DNA from: Marispirochaeta sp.
GTDB lineage: Bacteria; Spirochaetota; Spirochaetia; JC444; Marispirochaetaceae
NCBI GenBank assembly: GCA_963676835.2
Contig: CAXXFF010000002.1
Coordinates: 800,001 to 864,000, forward strand
Direction: 5' to 3'
DNA length: 64,000 bases
The notes under the pieces are model-generated. The model saw nothing but the letters and a program-made list of their open reading frames with translations, was not told where the DNA came from and made no database searches. Positions within the stretch are counted from its first letter, which is position 1. Each line of letters starts with the position of its first letter. This document shows positions 37,048-46,697 of this stretch, in pieces. The position numbers were made by a program, and so were the translations under genes.

Positions 37048-38707
37048 CTATACTCAGACATAGGTCGCCGAGATTCTCATAGTGGCGGACAATCTCCATA
37101 AAGAGCAGTTCGCCTTTTACATCTCCGCCGGATTTAATACTTTTTCTGGATATACGGTTAAGCTTTGAACGGTAGCTGTCAATTTCCTCTTCCATGGAGT
37201 TCGCAAGTTTCAGGTCTATATTTCCTTCCTGCTTCTCCAGCAGAGCTGCGATGTAACCCACAAAATCATGTACCGCAAAGGCAATCTGCATTATCTGGTT
37301 GTCCGCCTCTCCATGGATGCTGGCGCTTTTCTTGTCCAGCTTCTGTCCCAGCTTATGGATCTTCATGAGGGCTTCGCGCATTCGTTCCAGGTCGCTTAAT
37401 ACCCTCAGATGGGTGGCTATCCACTGAGACTGTTCCTCCGTCAGGGTCTGCAGGGCGCAGTCTGTCAGATGGGTATGGATTGCGCTGTCCATGCTGACTA
37501 TTTTTTCTGCACTGACGAGGATACGGCTGTTCAGTTCTACATCTGCGGAAAGGGGATCCAGGCTGTTCATAATGTAATCCGCCAGACTGGTAATCTCTCT
37601 TACCAGGGCAATTTCGGCACCCCTGGCATTGATGAGATTTGCGCCCCTGGCATTGGTTAGATTCTCCCTTACCCACGGGATGGAGACTCCACTTCCGGTT
37701 TTCACGGTTCTGTCGGGAATCATTATGGCTGTAATTTTTTCAATCTGAGGAATAAACCATACCAGCAGCATGGTATTGGCCACATTGAAGAGGGTATGAA
37801 AAGCGGCAAGCCTATAGAGTGCGGTCAGCTTGTCCTGCCGGGGGCCGGGTATAAGTATATCAATGACATGCAGTACCGGTGAAAGGAGTATAAACATCCA
37901 GATTACCCCGATCAGGTTGAAGAGAAAATGAGCCCGGGCGCAGCGTTTTGCATCAAGAGACATTTCGGTGGCGGCCAGATAGGCGGTAATGGTGGTTCCT
38001 ATATTTTCTCCAAGAATAATTGCGGCGGCAAGGGAAAAGGGGAGATCGCCGGTATAGACCAGGGTCAGGGTTATGGTCATTGCTGCACTGGAGGACTGAA
38101 CCGCCAGGGTCAGTATGGTTCCGATGAGTACAAAGACGGTACGGGCTGCAAGGCCGTCGTCGGGTAAGACAGTAAGCAGCCGGGGAATAAGGTGATACTC
38201 CTGAAGAACAGAGATTCCCACCTTCATTTCGTTCAGTCCAAGGAACAGCAGGCCGAATCCAAGCATAATCCGGCTTATCTGCCGGCGGGAGTCATTTTTG
38301 CTGAAGTGAAAGGGGAGACTGAAGGCAATTACCGGAAGGGCAAAGCTTGAAATACTGACGCTGAACCCGAGAAACGAAACAATCCATGCAGTAAAGGTTG
38401 TACCTATATTGGCGCCCATGATTACCGGGATGGAACGGGTAAGGCTCAGAAGTCCTGCATTGACCATGGATACAAGAATAACGGTTACTGCAGAGGATGA
38501 TTGAATCAGACCTGTCAGCCCGGTTCCGGTGATGATTCCTTTTGCAGGGGAGCTTGTCAGGCTACCCACCAGCTTGCGTGACCGTTCTCCTGCCTGGTTA
38601 TGTATACCCCTGCTCATGGTCTGCATCCCGAAAAGGAAGACACCAAGGCCGCCAAGAACTCTTAAGGTGGTTGTAAGAGGGCCGCCGGCGGAGAATAACC
38701 AGTTCAT
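37028..38707 (-). CDS. Na/Pi cotransporter (NptA/PnaS family) with PhoU-like C-terminus
   Basis: Two QSSSA repeats, GANIGTT and GENIGTT. Confidence 0.93.
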   Translation of the reverse strand: MNWLFSAGGPLTTTLRVLGGLGVFLFGMQTMSRGIHNQAGERSRKLVGSLTSSPAKGIITGTGLTGLIQSSSAVTVILVSMVNAGLLSLTRSIPVIMGANIGTTFTAWIVSFLGFSVSISSFALPVIAFSLPFHFSKNDSRRQISRIMLGFGLLFLGLNEMKVGISVLQEYHLIPRLLTVLPDDGLAARTVFVLIGTILTLAVQSSSAAMTITLTLVYTGDLPFSLAAAIILGENIGTTITAYLAATEMSLDAKRCARAHFLFNLIGVIWMFILLSPVLHVIDILIPGPRQDKLTALYRLAAFHTLFNVANTMLLVWFIPQIEKITAIMIPDRTVKTGSGVSIPWVRENLTNARGANLINARGAEIALVREITSLADYIMNSLDPLSADVELNSRILVSAEKIVSMDSAIHTHLTDCALQTLTEEQSQWIATHLRVLSDLERMREALMKIHKLGQKLDKKSASIHGEADNQIMQIAFAVHDFVGYIAALLEKQEGNIDLKLANSMEEEIDSYRSKLNRISRKSIKSGGDVKGELLFMEIVRHYENLGDLCLSIVKELSR

Positions 38708-38710
38708 TGT

Positions 38711-39367
38711 TTACATTGCTCCTATAAACCGGGTTTCGCCATGGCTTTTAAGAAACTCACCGAAGGTGGTCTCATATTTTCCCCGTTTCATGTCGCTTAT
38801 CCATTCGCCTTTGTAGCTGAACTTTATCATGCCCGAGAGATTGAGGTATTCTACGGCCGTATCTCTGCTGATTACATAGGGTGCCTTGTCCTCTCCCAGG
38901 AGAAAATAGTTGATTATGATGTTATGCGTACGGTGATTTCCCTCGATGAAAAGCTGGGGATGGCTGAGCGCCCGGGTATAATATCCCGCTGCAAGGCGGT
39001 AGGGTGAATGTTTTTTATGCTTTTTCCGGTACCAGTCAAAAATTGCCCGTATATTTGACTGAAATTTTGCCCTGGTTTCCTGCAGATGAGCATAGTATTC
39101 CAGTCTTTTCTGTTTATCCGTTCCACAAAGCACAATATGATTCAGCTCAAGCATATGGTAGAGCCCGGATGGGGAAAACAGATTGATTCCCTTTTTCCAG
39201 AGATGGTTGGCAAAATCGTAGGCTTCCAGCAGCTGGGAAACAATAAGGGGGGTAAAGTCCTCTCTGCTCATAATAAGAGTGGAGTTTATCTCTTCGAAGT
39301 GTCCGCGGAAGGTATGGAGTGCATCTTCTATCTCTTTCAGGTTGAATCCATTGCCGGTTTTCTTCAT
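38711..39367 (-). CDS. Fic/Doc-like protein with atypical motif
   Basis: HPQLFIEGNHRT resembles HPFxEGNGR; helical LELNHIVL segment. Confidence 0.65.
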   Translation of the reverse strand: MKKTGNGFNLKEIEDALHTFRGHFEEINSTLIMSREDFTPLIVSQLLEAYDFANHLWKKGINLFSPSGLYHMLELNHIVLCGTDKQKRLEYYAHLQETRAKFQSNIRAIFDWYRKKHKKHSPYRLAAGYYTRALSHPQLFIEGNHRTHNIIINYFLLGEDKAPYVISRDTAVEYLNLSGMIKFSYKGEWISDMKRGKYETTFGEFLKSHGETRFIGAM

Positions 39368-39449
39368 GCCGTTCCTTTACAGAAGGGCAGCTCTAAAAAC
39401 TACTCTTTTCACCATATCCTTCGTTGTCAAGATTTCCCGCGGTCCTCCC

Positions 39450-39474
39450 CTGCACCAAAACAATTTTGGTGCAG
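39450..39474. repeat. Perfect 11-bp inverted repeat in intergenic DNA
   Basis: ctgcaccaaaa-caa-ttttggtgcag. Confidence 0.85.
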
Positions 39475-39614
39475 AGTGCGGGCGCTGCAAAATCTATCCT
39501 TCTTGACTATGGCAGAAATACAACGTTTATAGAGATACCCTGGATGTAAATATCCTCATTTTACATGGTAACACGGGAGGATGCCTGAAGGGCTGAAGTT
39601 GTGTTAGAAATGTG

Positions 39615-41243
39615 TTAGATTGTACCGTTTGTAATGGAATTGATGACCCGTAACAGCTCTACTTCCTGAACAGGTTTGGTTATAACTGTTTTCAGTCCTT
39701 TGCTTATAAAGGAATCGATTTCGTCTTTGTGGGCATGAGCGGTAAGGGCCACAATTGGGAGATCTCTGTAGCGGTCTATGGCGTGAATTTCCATTGCCGC
39801 ATCAAGACCGCTCAGTTTGGGAAGGCTGATATCCATAAGAACCATATCCGGGGCGCTCTCTATGCAGCGCTCGATAGCCTGGTATCCGTTTACCGCTTCA
39901 ACAACATTATAACCTTTCTCTTTGAGTATGGTAGACAGATACAGCCTGTTTATAGCTTCGTCTTCGACAATAAGTACAGTTGTTTTTTTCTGCACCTGTT
40001 CCTCTGTCTCTGTCGTTCCGGTTTTCTTCAGGCATTGTTCAGCTTCACAGAATTTGTCCGGCAGGATTATGGTAAAAACCGAACCTTTTCCCATTACTGA
40101 TTCCACCTCGATGGATCCCCCCATCAGGCTTACAATCTCTTTTGTAATTGAGAGACCCAGTCCGACGCCTTGAAAACGCTTGGTATAGGGGTTTTCAAGT
40201 TGATGAAAACTGGTGAATATTTCGTCCAGCGCATCCGGAGCGATTCCTATGCCCTGATCGGATACCATCACCTTTAAGTTTTCGCCGTCTCTGACACTGA
40301 TCTCCACACTTCCCTCATCGGTATATTTGACCGCATTGGAAATAAGATTGGCCAGAACCTGAATAAAGCGGGTGCGGTCTCCTCGGTAGCCCTCAAGTTT
40401 AATATCCATGTCGCTGGAAACTTCCAATCCCTTGTTTTCAATCTGGTCATTGAAGAAAGAGAGAGTAAGTTCAACAGCTTCCTTTATATTAAAAATTTCA
40501 TCTGCTAAGCCCAGTTTACCTGCCTGGATATCATTGAAATCGATAAGGTCACGGATTATCTCATACAGATTCTGGGCGGATTCCTGAGCCATAGAGAGGA
40601 AGCCCTTGTCCTCCTCGTTCATGTCGATGGTTTCGAGGATGTTCAGCATACCCACCAGGCCGTTGAGGGGAGTGCGAAGTTCATGGCTGATATTTGCCAG
40701 AAACTCCTCTTTTACCTTGAGTGCATTATGGGCCCGTTCTTTTTCGGTCTCAATCTGTTTTTCTGTTTCAACTTTGTCCGTTTCATCATGAAGAAGCAGA
40801 TACAGAAGATTGTTGTCAATGCTGCCGGTAAAGCCGCCGGAGACTTCAAGGTCCCGTATCGCCCCGGTGGCCTTGCGGTGCTGTACCCTGAACAGATTTT
40901 TCCCCGAAGAGTTTATCTGATCAATATAGAACCGCCCGGTATCATCAAGCCCCGGATGAAGGTCCTGAAGCCGCATATTAAGGAGCTGATCCGCTTCGTA
41001 TTCGTAATAATCAACAGCTGCTTTGTTCGCGTGGATAATCCGGGAGGACGATGGGTCTATGAGGAGTATAAAAATACTGGTGCTGTCGAAGAGATTTTCG
41101 TAGGTGCTCTCCCGCTCAAGCAGTTCTCTGCGGGCTTCCTGTATCTTCACATGCAGCCGTCTATTGCAGATAAACAGAACCACTGCAACTACAATAACTG
41201 CTGATAGCGCGCACGTACCTAATGCGATCCCTGCCTGAACCAT
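39615..41243 (-). CDS. PAS-containing hybrid sensor histidine kinase/response regulator
   Basis: PAS (HANKAA); SHELRTPLNG, NLISNAVKYT, DQGIG and GVGLGL; REC domain (VEDE, LMDISLP, ALTAH, KP). Confidence 0.95.
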   Translation of the reverse strand: MVQAGIALGTCALSAVIVVAVVLFICNRRLHVKIQEARRELLERESTYENLFDSTSIFILLIDPSSSRIIHANKAAVDYYEYEADQLLNMRLQDLHPGLDDTGRFYIDQINSSGKNLFRVQHRKATGAIRDLEVSGGFTGSIDNNLLYLLLHDETDKVETEKQIETEKERAHNALKVKEEFLANISHELRTPLNGLVGMLNILETIDMNEEDKGFLSMAQESAQNLYEIIRDLIDFNDIQAGKLGLADEIFNIKEAVELTLSFFNDQIENKGLEVSSDMDIKLEGYRGDRTRFIQVLANLISNAVKYTDEGSVEISVRDGENLKVMVSDQGIGIAPDALDEIFTSFHQLENPYTKRFQGVGLGLSITKEIVSLMGGSIEVESVMGKGSVFTIILPDKFCEAEQCLKKTGTTETEEQVQKKTTVLIVEDEAINRLYLSTILKEKGYNVVEAVNGYQAIERCIESAPDMVLMDISLPKLSGLDAAMEIHAIDRYRDLPIVALTAHAHKDEIDSFISKGLKTVITKPVQEVELLRVINSITNGTI

Positions 41244-41363
41244 ATGCTAAGTGTAGGAAACGTGAGAAGCGGTTGCAAGGTATTCTATTATGATTTTTCT
41301 CTCTAATCTCCGTTTGACTGTGACTTGCCCGGTGTGTACCTTGTAGAGGCGAGGAGATTTCCG

Positions 41364-41810
41364 GTGTTTATACGTTTACTGCTTCTTTTTACCCTTCTGC
41401 CGCTGGCGGAGCTTTTTCTGCTGATTAAGATCGGTTCGGTGATGGGTGCCTTTGCTACGATACTACTGGTTCTGTTTACCGGGGCCCTGGGAGCGATTCT
41501 TGCCCGGCGTCAGGGATTTGGAGTGTGGATGCGCATTCAGGAGCGCCTTTCCCGGGGAGAGTTCCCCGGAGATGATCTCATTGACGGGCTGCTTGTGTTC
41601 GGCGCAGGAATGGTGCTGCTTACACCGGGAATTATAACCGATACCATAGGGTTTCTGCTGCTTGTTCCCGCCTCCCGGAGCTTTGCCCGGCAATGGCTGA
41701 AAAGCCGTTTCTCCGGCATGATCAGTCAGGGATCAAGCGGATTTTCAAGCGTCTTTTTCAGCTCCGGCAAAGGGCCTGAGAGGGATGTCACCGATTCCGG
41801 AAGTCTTTAG
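41364..41810 (+). CDS. fxsA: FxsA family membrane protein
   Basis: PLAELFLL, ARRQG and LLTPGIITDTIG; GAGGAG SD before GTG 41364. Confidence 0.88.
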   Translation: MFIRLLLLFTLLPLAELFLLIKIGSVMGAFATILLVLFTGALGAILARRQGFGVWMRIQERLSRGEFPGDDLIDGLLVFGAGMVLLTPGIITDTIGFLLLVPASRSFARQWLKSRFSGMISQGSSGFSSVFFSSGKGPERDVTDSGSL

Positions 41811-42385
41811 AGAACCAGGTTCTTTCCGGCATCTTCAGCCCTGCGGAGCAGTTCCGGAGCATTGCGGATGCTTCCTGCTTCAAAGAATCCCAGGGCTGCG
41901 ATACTGTCTTTAAGTTCCAGGCCGATATCCCTGCTGAAATCACTTAAAAGAGTAAGGGTGTTTCCCATCATTGACTCTTCATGCTGTTCACACACCGCGA
42001 GACTTACACAGAGTTTGCCTGAACCGGAGTACTTGCCTATCCATTCATGCCGGTTGGAGGGATACTGGATAAGGCTGTAGCTACGGTCGATAAAGCGTTT
42101 CATATCCGAGGTTACAGAGTACCAGTAAGTGGGGGATGCCAGAACTATTGCGTCTGCCATGTCTGCTTTGCCGATTATTTCTGCATAATCATCCCTGATT
42201 ACACAATCCCAGGACTTTCTGCATCCTTCACACCCGGTACAGGCCTGTAAGTTGAAATCACCTAGAAAGAGACTCTCTGTTTCAGTTTCCGGGGCGGCGG
42301 CAAGGGCCCCTGCGAAGAGTGCCTTCACCAGGTGTGCGGTGTTGCCGTTTTTGCGCCTGCTGCCGATTATTGCCGCTATTTTCAT
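41807..42385 (-). CDS. Flavodoxin-fold iron-sulfur flavoprotein / NADPH-dependent FMN reductase family
   Basis: GSRRKNGNT, CTGCEGC...C..RDD, ASPTYW and KRFIDR. Confidence 0.9.
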   Translation of the reverse strand: MKIAAIIGSRRKNGNTAHLVKALFAGALAAAPETETESLFLGDFNLQACTGCEGCRKSWDCVIRDDYAEIIGKADMADAIVLASPTYWYSVTSDMKRFIDRSYSLIQYPSNRHEWIGKYSGSGKLCVSLAVCEQHEESMMGNTLTLLSDFSRDIGLELKDSIAALGFFEAGSIRNAPELLRRAEDAGKNLVL

Positions 42386-43251
42386 AATTTCTCCCTGTGT
42401 CCCAGTATATCAGAAAGTATTACCCCGCCCAGAATCATTGCGGTACCGAGCCAGTCCAGAGGATCCATGTATTCACCCAGAAGCAGAATTCCCAGAAGTA
42501 TTGCAAAAACAGGCTCCATGGCATAGATGATAACCGCTTTTACCGGCGTTACATCCTTCTGAAAGCGGTTCATGAGCAGAAGGCTGATCAGGGTTCCGGG
42601 AAGGATAAGATAGATCAGGGGCCAGAAGATATGAGGGCCCATCTGAAGGACAGGATGTTCCCACAGAAAAGATGCGGACAGACTCAGCACTGCGGTAATA
42701 AAAAACTGCACCAGGGTAAGCAGTGTCAGATCTCCTTTGCGGGTAAAAATATCCAGAAAAATGATAAAGAAGGTGAAAGAAACGGCACTTCCCAGGGCAA
42801 GCAGGTCTCCCGGGTTCAGGGCTTCGCCGGAAAGGGCGGACCGATTAAGCAGGGCCAGGCCTGCAATTACTACAGCCAGCCCCAGAATATTGCCCCGGTG
42901 GAGTGCCTTGCCGGTAAACGGCCGCTGCAGAAAGGGTACCAGCAGGGCGAAAAAATAGGTTATCAGGGCGGAGCGTCCGGCAGCGGTAAACTGCAGGCTT
43001 ATGTTCTGGAATCCATACCCGCCGGTAACGACTATGCCCAGGAGCAGCCCGTGGAGCAGCAGCGAGGTGGACAGATTTTTAAGCTTTTTTATTGAAATGG
43101 CCAGAAGAAAAGGCAGGGACAGGGCAAAGCGCAGTCCAAGGAGCAGCAAGGGAGGTATTCCCTGAAGGGCCATTTTTGTTGCTATGAATGTTCCGCCCCA
43201 GAAGAAGGTTACAAGCAGGAGAAAGAGTTCGGACCGTGAAGCGGGTTTCAT
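42382..43251 (-). CDS. DMT/EamA family transporter
   Basis: FWGGTF, LRF, GDLLAL and MEPVFA; about 10 TMs. Confidence 0.92.
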   Translation of the reverse strand: MKPASRSELFLLLVTFFWGGTFIATKMALQGIPPLLLLGLRFALSLPFLLAISIKKLKNLSTSLLLHGLLLGIVVTGGYGFQNISLQFTAAGRSALITYFFALLVPFLQRPFTGKALHRGNILGLAVVIAGLALLNRSALSGEALNPGDLLALGSAVSFTFFIIFLDIFTRKGDLTLLTLVQFFITAVLSLSASFLWEHPVLQMGPHIFWPLIYLILPGTLISLLLMNRFQKDVTPVKAVIIYAMEPVFAILLGILLLGEYMDPLDWLGTAMILGGVILSDILGHREKL

Positions 43252-43326
43252 GGGGAAAGGGTATACCCCGGCAGGCGGTCTTGCAATACCATCATGCCGG
43301 GGGGGGATAAGTGTTGTCGGAGTTTT

Positions 43327-44253
43327 TCAGTCTTGGCTCAGTTGAGCGGTAAAGAAATCGAGGATGATTTTTTTTGTCTCGTCCTGAAAAAATTCCCGGG
43401 TGCCGTGACCGCCGTTCTTAATGCAGTAAAGATCTACCCGGTCTTCCATTCCTGCCGCGGCAATGGCGTCATAAAAATCATCACTCTGTGAGTAGGGTAC
43501 CAGCGGGTCCTGATCTCCATGGAGGATGATCATAGGGCACATTGCCGGGTTTATATACTCCATAGGGCTGGCAACCTTGAGTCTTTCCATCATGTCCGGC
43601 ACATCCCCGCCCACCAGTGCGCCGCCATGACTTTCTCCCGGGGTTTTCCAGCGGTGGTTCGGATTGTTTTTCATGTCTTCAATCTCTTTTTCCATAAGCT
43701 TTACCAGATCGGCCGGGCCGAAGAGGTTGCAGCAGGCCTGTACCCGGGAGGAGTAGTCTTTCCATTCGCTGCCGATGTTGTCATCCAGGTTCATTGCTGC
43801 AATTGAGGAGAGGTGTCCCCCGGCGGAGCGGCCGATAACGCCGATTTTATCAGGATCTATCAGGTATTCATCCGCATGGGCCCGTAAAAATCGGATAGCA
43901 GTTTTTACGTCGATTATCTGATCCGGATAGTGCCCCTCGGCACTGCTGCGGTAATAAATGGAGGCAACAACAAAGCCTGCTTCCGCCAGAAACTGCATCT
44001 CAGACACCATGAGGTTTTTATCGCAGCCCCGGAATCCTCCTCCGGGAATCCAGACTATACAGGGCTTTTTATCAAGTACTTCCTCGTCATTCATGCCGGC
44101 GGCAAGCCGCATTTCGCTGTTGCCGTTCTGCACCATAATGGACATAAGCAGGTCCATGGGCTTTCCTTTCAGATCTGCGACCTGCGAATAACAGATATTA
44201 TCCAGGAAGTTTATGCTGCGGCGCTCTTTACCGGGGTCAATTATAGTTTTCAT
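43327..44253 (-). CDS. Alpha/beta hydrolase (BD-FAE-like esterase)
   Basis: PGGGF, GRSAGG, HGDQD and GGHG; ATGA coupling to the upstream gene. Confidence 0.9.
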   Translation of the reverse strand: MKTIIDPGKERRSINFLDNICYSQVADLKGKPMDLLMSIMVQNGNSEMRLAAGMNDEEVLDKKPCIVWIPGGGFRGCDKNLMVSEMQFLAEAGFVVASIYYRSSAEGHYPDQIIDVKTAIRFLRAHADEYLIDPDKIGVIGRSAGGHLSSIAAMNLDDNIGSEWKDYSSRVQACCNLFGPADLVKLMEKEIEDMKNNPNHRWKTPGESHGGALVGGDVPDMMERLKVASPMEYINPAMCPMIILHGDQDPLVPYSQSDDFYDAIAAAGMEDRVDLYCIKNGGHGTREFFQDETKKIILDFFTAQLSQD

Positions 44254-45182
44254 CGTTGTGTGCTCCGCTTCTTCTTGAGTTGATCGATAACAAACTGCTG
44301 GGATGCTTCCCATTCATCCTGCATGCGGACGGTAAATCCGTGGCAGCTTCGGGTAAATCGTTTCATTGTTGTCGTTATACCACTGCTCACAAGTCTGAGT
44401 CCGAAAGCTTCAGCTTCGTCCCGGAGGCTGTCTTTTCCTCCGGTGACAATCAGGGTTTCAGGGAGTTTTGCTGCTACCGCGTCATTGGCTGCAGCAGGAG
44501 AGATGTAGGGCGATGCAGTCAGGGATTCGTCTCCATCGGTATAGAGCACAGAAAAGGCTCTGTATCTTTCAGCCGTCTCTTCGGTAAGCTCATGGCCGGT
44601 GGATTTCTTTACAGGATCAGTTACAAAGTCCAGGGCCGGATATTCAAGGATTTGCATCCGCAGCTTGAAGTCGCCGGTCTCGACTGCCTTTATCGCAATG
44701 GCAGCGGTAAGGTTGCCTCCGGCGCTCTGTCCGCCCATGGAGATCTGTTCGGGATCTACTCCAAGCTCACCGGAGTTCTGAAAGACCCAGCGGGCTACGG
44801 CATAGCATTGTTCGAAGGCGGCCGGAAAGGGGTGCATCGGTGTAAGGGCGTAATCAATGTCTACTACTATTCCTTCTGTTTCCGCGGCAATGCGTGCACA
44901 GTAGAGGTCATCATCTTCGGAATGGCCGTAGTAGAAACCGCCTCCATGAATGTTGATATGAACCGGACGGGGCTGAGGCCCGTTTCCTGCTTCTGAAATA
45001 TAGCAGCTTACCGGTTCGGCCTGCTCCGGAACGGGAATCTCTACAACCCGGCGCTTTACTTTTTTGAGGTAGGCACGGTAGTAATCCGGCACATTGCGGG
45101 TGCGGGCAACTTTATCTCTGAACCCTTTTGTGTTGTTCAGAATATTTTCAAGGCGGTCTGTTTCTCTCTTTGTTAATGCCAT
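44250..45182 (-). CDS. HSL-family (family IV) esterase
   Basis: HGGGF, GQSAGG, GKDSL and HGF. Confidence 0.92.
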   Translation of the reverse strand: MALTKRETDRLENILNNTKGFRDKVARTRNVPDYYRAYLKKVKRRVVEIPVPEQAEPVSCYISEAGNGPQPRPVHINIHGGGFYYGHSEDDDLYCARIAAETEGIVVDIDYALTPMHPFPAAFEQCYAVARWVFQNSGELGVDPEQISMGGQSAGGNLTAAIAIKAVETGDFKLRMQILEYPALDFVTDPVKKSTGHELTEETAERYRAFSVLYTDGDESLTASPYISPAAANDAVAAKLPETLIVTGGKDSLRDEAEAFGLRLVSSGITTTMKRFTRSCHGFTVRMQDEWEASQQFVIDQLKKKRSTQR

Positions 45183-45204
45183 GTATCGTTCTTCTCTGCC
45201 TGTT

Positions 45205-45735
45205 CTATCTGACAATCCAGGCATCATAGATAACGCCGGGTATTTTCTGGGAAATTACACAGCCGAAGGCGACTACGTTATTTATCCACAGATATTTTTC
45301 AGCTGAGGTTTCAAAGTAGAGGTGCTGCTTGAAGTAGTATTCCTCGGGATTAACCGGCTCTCGGGCTGTTCTGCGGCTGAGAACCTCCTCGGTCTGGGTG
45401 GCATATCCCCGGGTGGAAAGACTGATGATTGCATCATCATCGGTCTGAAGAATATAGCGGGTATCAATATGCTTGGTTGTCGGTGTCTGATGGCTGGTGG
45501 TATTCCAGTCGGCACCTATGGGCAGGACGGTGCCTTTAATCCGGGGGCCTTCGAAGCTTCCTCCGGTAATGGGGATTATCTTTAGAAAGCCGCCTTCCAC
45601 AGTTCCCACTTCGATAGGCTGGGATACTTCTGCAATAAGGCGGTAGAGAAATTCCAGTTTCGGTTCCGGCGGGGTAAATCCGTTTCCAAGCTCTTTGGTA
45701 AGCTGTGCAAAATCCGGTGTAAGTTCAGGTTTCAT
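45205..45735 (-). CDS. DUF3237 family beta-barrel protein
   Basis: IIPITGGSFEG, G.VLP.GADW, DTRY.LQTDD and YFET...KYLWIN. Confidence 0.9.
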   Translation of the reverse strand: MKPELTPDFAQLTKELGNGFTPPEPKLEFLYRLIAEVSQPIEVGTVEGGFLKIIPITGGSFEGPRIKGTVLPIGADWNTTSHQTPTTKHIDTRYILQTDDDAIISLSTRGYATQTEEVLSRRTAREPVNPEEYYFKQHLYFETSAEKYLWINNVVAFGCVISQKIPGVIYDAWIVR

Positions 45736-46559
45736 TATTTAAGCTCCGTGGTGGCAAAAATCTCTTTGATCATGCCGATGCGCTTGTCTATCATTGCAGG
45801 CCAGACCGCTTTATCTAGAAAGGGGTTGAAGTCTTCTGTTATAGACGGGACTTTGGGAAGCATATCAGTCTGACCGGGGTGGGATCCCAGGGTAATATCC
45901 ACCGGAAAATCCCTGACTTTCAGCATGCTGTTCAGATAGTCCTCTCTTGTAGACAGGGGAAGGTTGAACTCCTGAATAAAATCATCGCTGAGGGTATTAA
46001 CTCCAACCCCGCCGTGAAGTCCGCAGCGGTGTATAGTTCTGTCTTTTTCGGTAACGTTAAAAAAGAAAGAGGTTGTTCCAGGGGTATGTCCCGGGGTGTG
46101 AACAGTATCTATCTGCATATCTCCCAGTATTATTGGGCTGGTGTCAGAATAGAAAGCATCCGGCTCCAGGCCTCCGTAGGGATACTTTTCCGTAAGCACC
46201 ATTTCCGGCCGTTCTGTAATAAAGTCGTAATCCTCTTTACCCATATAGAGCTTTGCTCCGCTCAGTTCAATGACCGGCCGGACTCCGCCACAATGGTCGT
46301 AGTGCGCATGGGAAAGGAGCAGGAGTTTTATGTCGTGCGGGTCAAAGCCTGCTGCGCGGATGCTCTCAAACACCAGATAGATCTGGGGCTGCATGGTGGC
46401 ATCGATCAGGATCAGGCCCTCGGATGTTTCGATAAGGTAGGCTCCCACCCAGCTGTTGCCCACGTACCAGGTTTTCGGGGCAACCCGGAAAGGTTCTACT
46501 GCGGTTTCCCAGGGGCGTTCGCAGCCCTGTATGAGGAGGTCGTAGGGGTTTTGGCTCAT
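45735..46559 (-). CDS. Metallo-beta-lactamase-fold hydrolase, subclass B3-like
   Basis: PFRV...WYVG, GLILID, SHAHYDHCGG, TPGHTPG and GSHP; no signal peptide. Confidence 0.88.
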   Translation of the reverse strand: MSQNPYDLLIQGCERPWETAVEPFRVAPKTWYVGNSWVGAYLIETSEGLILIDATMQPQIYLVFESIRAAGFDPHDIKLLLLSHAHYDHCGGVRPVIELSGAKLYMGKEDYDFITERPEMVLTEKYPYGGLEPDAFYSDTSPIILGDMQIDTVHTPGHTPGTTSFFFNVTEKDRTIHRCGLHGGVGVNTLSDDFIQEFNLPLSTREDYLNSMLKVRDFPVDITLGSHPGQTDMLPKVPSITEDFNPFLDKAVWPAMIDKRIGMIKEIFATTELK

Positions 46560-46578
46560 ATATGCATCCTTTTTATAT

Positions 46579-46692
46579 GTAGAGGCGTTCTGATAGAACG
46601 CCTTTACGGGTATCTCGCTCGGCTATTGTGGAGGCGCCCATTGTCGAGGCGCCCATTGTCGAGGCGCCCTATTAGGGCGCCTGTACAATGGG
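46579..46692. repeat. Cluster of GTAG-type REP-like hairpins with tandem-duplicated arm
   Basis: gtagaggcgttct-gat-agaacgcctttac (46579-46607); 3x 15-bp attgt(c/g)gaggcgccc (46625-46669); gtcgaggcgcccta-t-tagggcgcctgtac (46658-46686). Confidence 0.8.
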
Positions 46693-46697
46693 GGGGG

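Noticed and set aside
39451..39473. NtrC binding site (TGCACCA...TGGTGCA)
   Set aside because: Half-site spacing is 9 nt rather than 3, and no sigma-54 promoter was found nearby.
45735..46559. Bona fide antibiotic-resistance beta-lactamase
   Set aside because: No signal peptide, and the context is metabolic. Activity cannot be inferred from sequence.
46625..46669. CRISPR array
   Set aside because: The 15-bp units are contiguous with no spacers, and no cas genes are present. Better explained as a REP arm duplication.
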